Source: Promethearchaeum syntrophicum
Lineage (GTDB): Archaea > Asgardarchaeota > Lokiarchaeia > Sigyniarchaeales > Promethearchaeaceae
Direction: 5' to 3'
DNA length: 32,000 nt
Assembly (NCBI RefSeq): GCF_008000775.2
Contig: NZ_CP042905.2
Span: forward strand, 2,130,001-2,162,000
A model generated the notes under the pieces. It saw only the letters and a program-made list of their open reading frames with translations. It did no database searches and was not told the DNA's origin. Made by a program: the position numbers and the translations under genes. Below, piece by piece: positions 31,470-32,000 of this stretch; the stretch's first letter is position 1; every line of letters begins with the position of its first letter.

Positions 31470-32000
31470 TTATGAAATGAATTTAAATTTCAAGAAGAAT
31501 GGCATTAATGAAACCTTCTTTGATAAAGGTAAATGCTTATAGATTTGCTCCCCGCACCAAAGATCATTTTCCTCTGGGTAATTTTCTAAATCTTGGCATC
31601 GGTAGGCTATCCAAATATTTTTCCGGAGTTGTTGAAGTTCGTTAATAGAATTTAGATAAGCATCCCAAATTGTAAATGGGGGTTTTTCATTACCACGGAA
31701 AAACATTTCGTCTGAAATTTTCCCCATTTTAAAGTATGAATTAAGTATACGCGTAGATAAAAGTTTTTCATTTTTTCTAAGATCTTGAGTAGTGAAGCTA
31801 CTTTCATTTTTATTTAGTTCGAGTAACACTTCGGATGCAATTTTTGCAGAGGCGGCTGCACCAATAACACCTTCTAAATATAGTGGATATAATAATCCTG
31901 CTGCATCACCTATTACAACTACTCGATCGGAAACTTTTGCATCAATAGGATATTTCGTGCATTTTTTATAATGAAAATCTTTGACTGTTAGTGTTTCAAT
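31470..32000 (-). CDS. geranylgeranyl-reductase-family FAD-dependent oxidoreductase (3' portion; 5' end beyond window)
   Basis: The minus-strand frame is open from 32000. My translation reads IETLTVKDFHYKKCTKYPIDAKVSDRVVVIGDAAGLLYPLYLEGVIGAAASAKIASEVLLELNK..., and contains the GDAAG...G(E/V)GI..A..S(G/A) motif of GGR/FixC-type flavoproteins. The track's GTG 31829 'start' is therefore internal. Confidence 0.7.
   Translation of the reverse strand: METLTVKDFHYKKCTKYPIDAKVSDRVVVIGDAAGLLYPLYLEGVIGAAASAKIASEVLLELNKNESSFTTQDLRKNEKLLSTRILNSYFKMGKISDEMFFRGNEKPPFTIWDAYLNSINELQQLRKNIWIAYRCQDLENYPEENDLWCGEQIYKHLPLSKKVSLMPFFLKFKFIS

Noticed and set aside
1-32000. tRNA, rRNA, CRISPR arrays, transposases, integrases or prophage genes.
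   Set aside because: No GC-rich cloverleaf-sized islands occur in the intergenic regions, and no regularly spaced direct repeats. No ORF carries DDE, tyrosine-recombinase or serine-recombinase motifs. This was a visual scan only, so a tRNAscan, Infernal or ISfinder run could still add small features.

Overview
The window is strongly AT-rich (judged by eye, not computed), densely coding and prokaryotic. Its gene content and signals look archaeal. The acyl-CoA mutase is split into separate large and B12-binding subunits, there is a tungsten-type aldehyde:ferredoxin oxidoreductase, two Roadblock/LC7 genes and an ScpA-type kleisin, and TATA-like AT boxes sit about 25-30 bp upstream of start codons with oligo-T tracts after stop codons. 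This content fits an Asgard (Lokiarchaeia-like) genome, but that placement is an inference, not something the sequence proves.

I support 25 protein-coding genes and found no rRNA, tRNA, CRISPR array or recognisable mobile element. From left to right they are:
- a radical-SAM-like enzyme, convergent with a DtxR-family metalloregulator
- a B3/B4-domain protein
- an ORC/Cdc6-like P-loop ATPase, divergent from an unknown gene
- a probable operon of a Dna2-like Fe-S nuclease/SF1B helicase, a type IA topoisomerase and possibly a small membrane protein
- a 1370-aa surface protein rich in N-glycosylation sequons
- two separate Roadblock/LC7 genes
- a long-linker kleisin followed by an 804-aa TPR-like protein
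- an amino-sugar module (EamA transporter, Gfo/Idh/MocA oxidoreductase, DegT aminotransferase, PIG-L deacetylase)
- a six-gene co-directional array: CobA adenosyltransferase, mutase large subunit, B12-binding subunit, MeaB, an unknown Rossmann/Cys-rich protein, and AOR
- a conserved unknown protein
- the 3' part of a geranylgeranyl-reductase-family gene that runs off the window.

The leads most worth following are:
- the kleisin paired with a large helical-repeat protein where ScpB would be expected
- the Dna2-like/topoisomerase IA operon
- a Tyr/Gln substrate pocket in the 'methylmalonyl-CoA' mutase
- the uncharacterised Cys-rich protein embedded in the mutase array
- an 18-nt motif shared by two 3' regions in inverted orientation.

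All functional calls come from motif recognition by eye. No database search was run.
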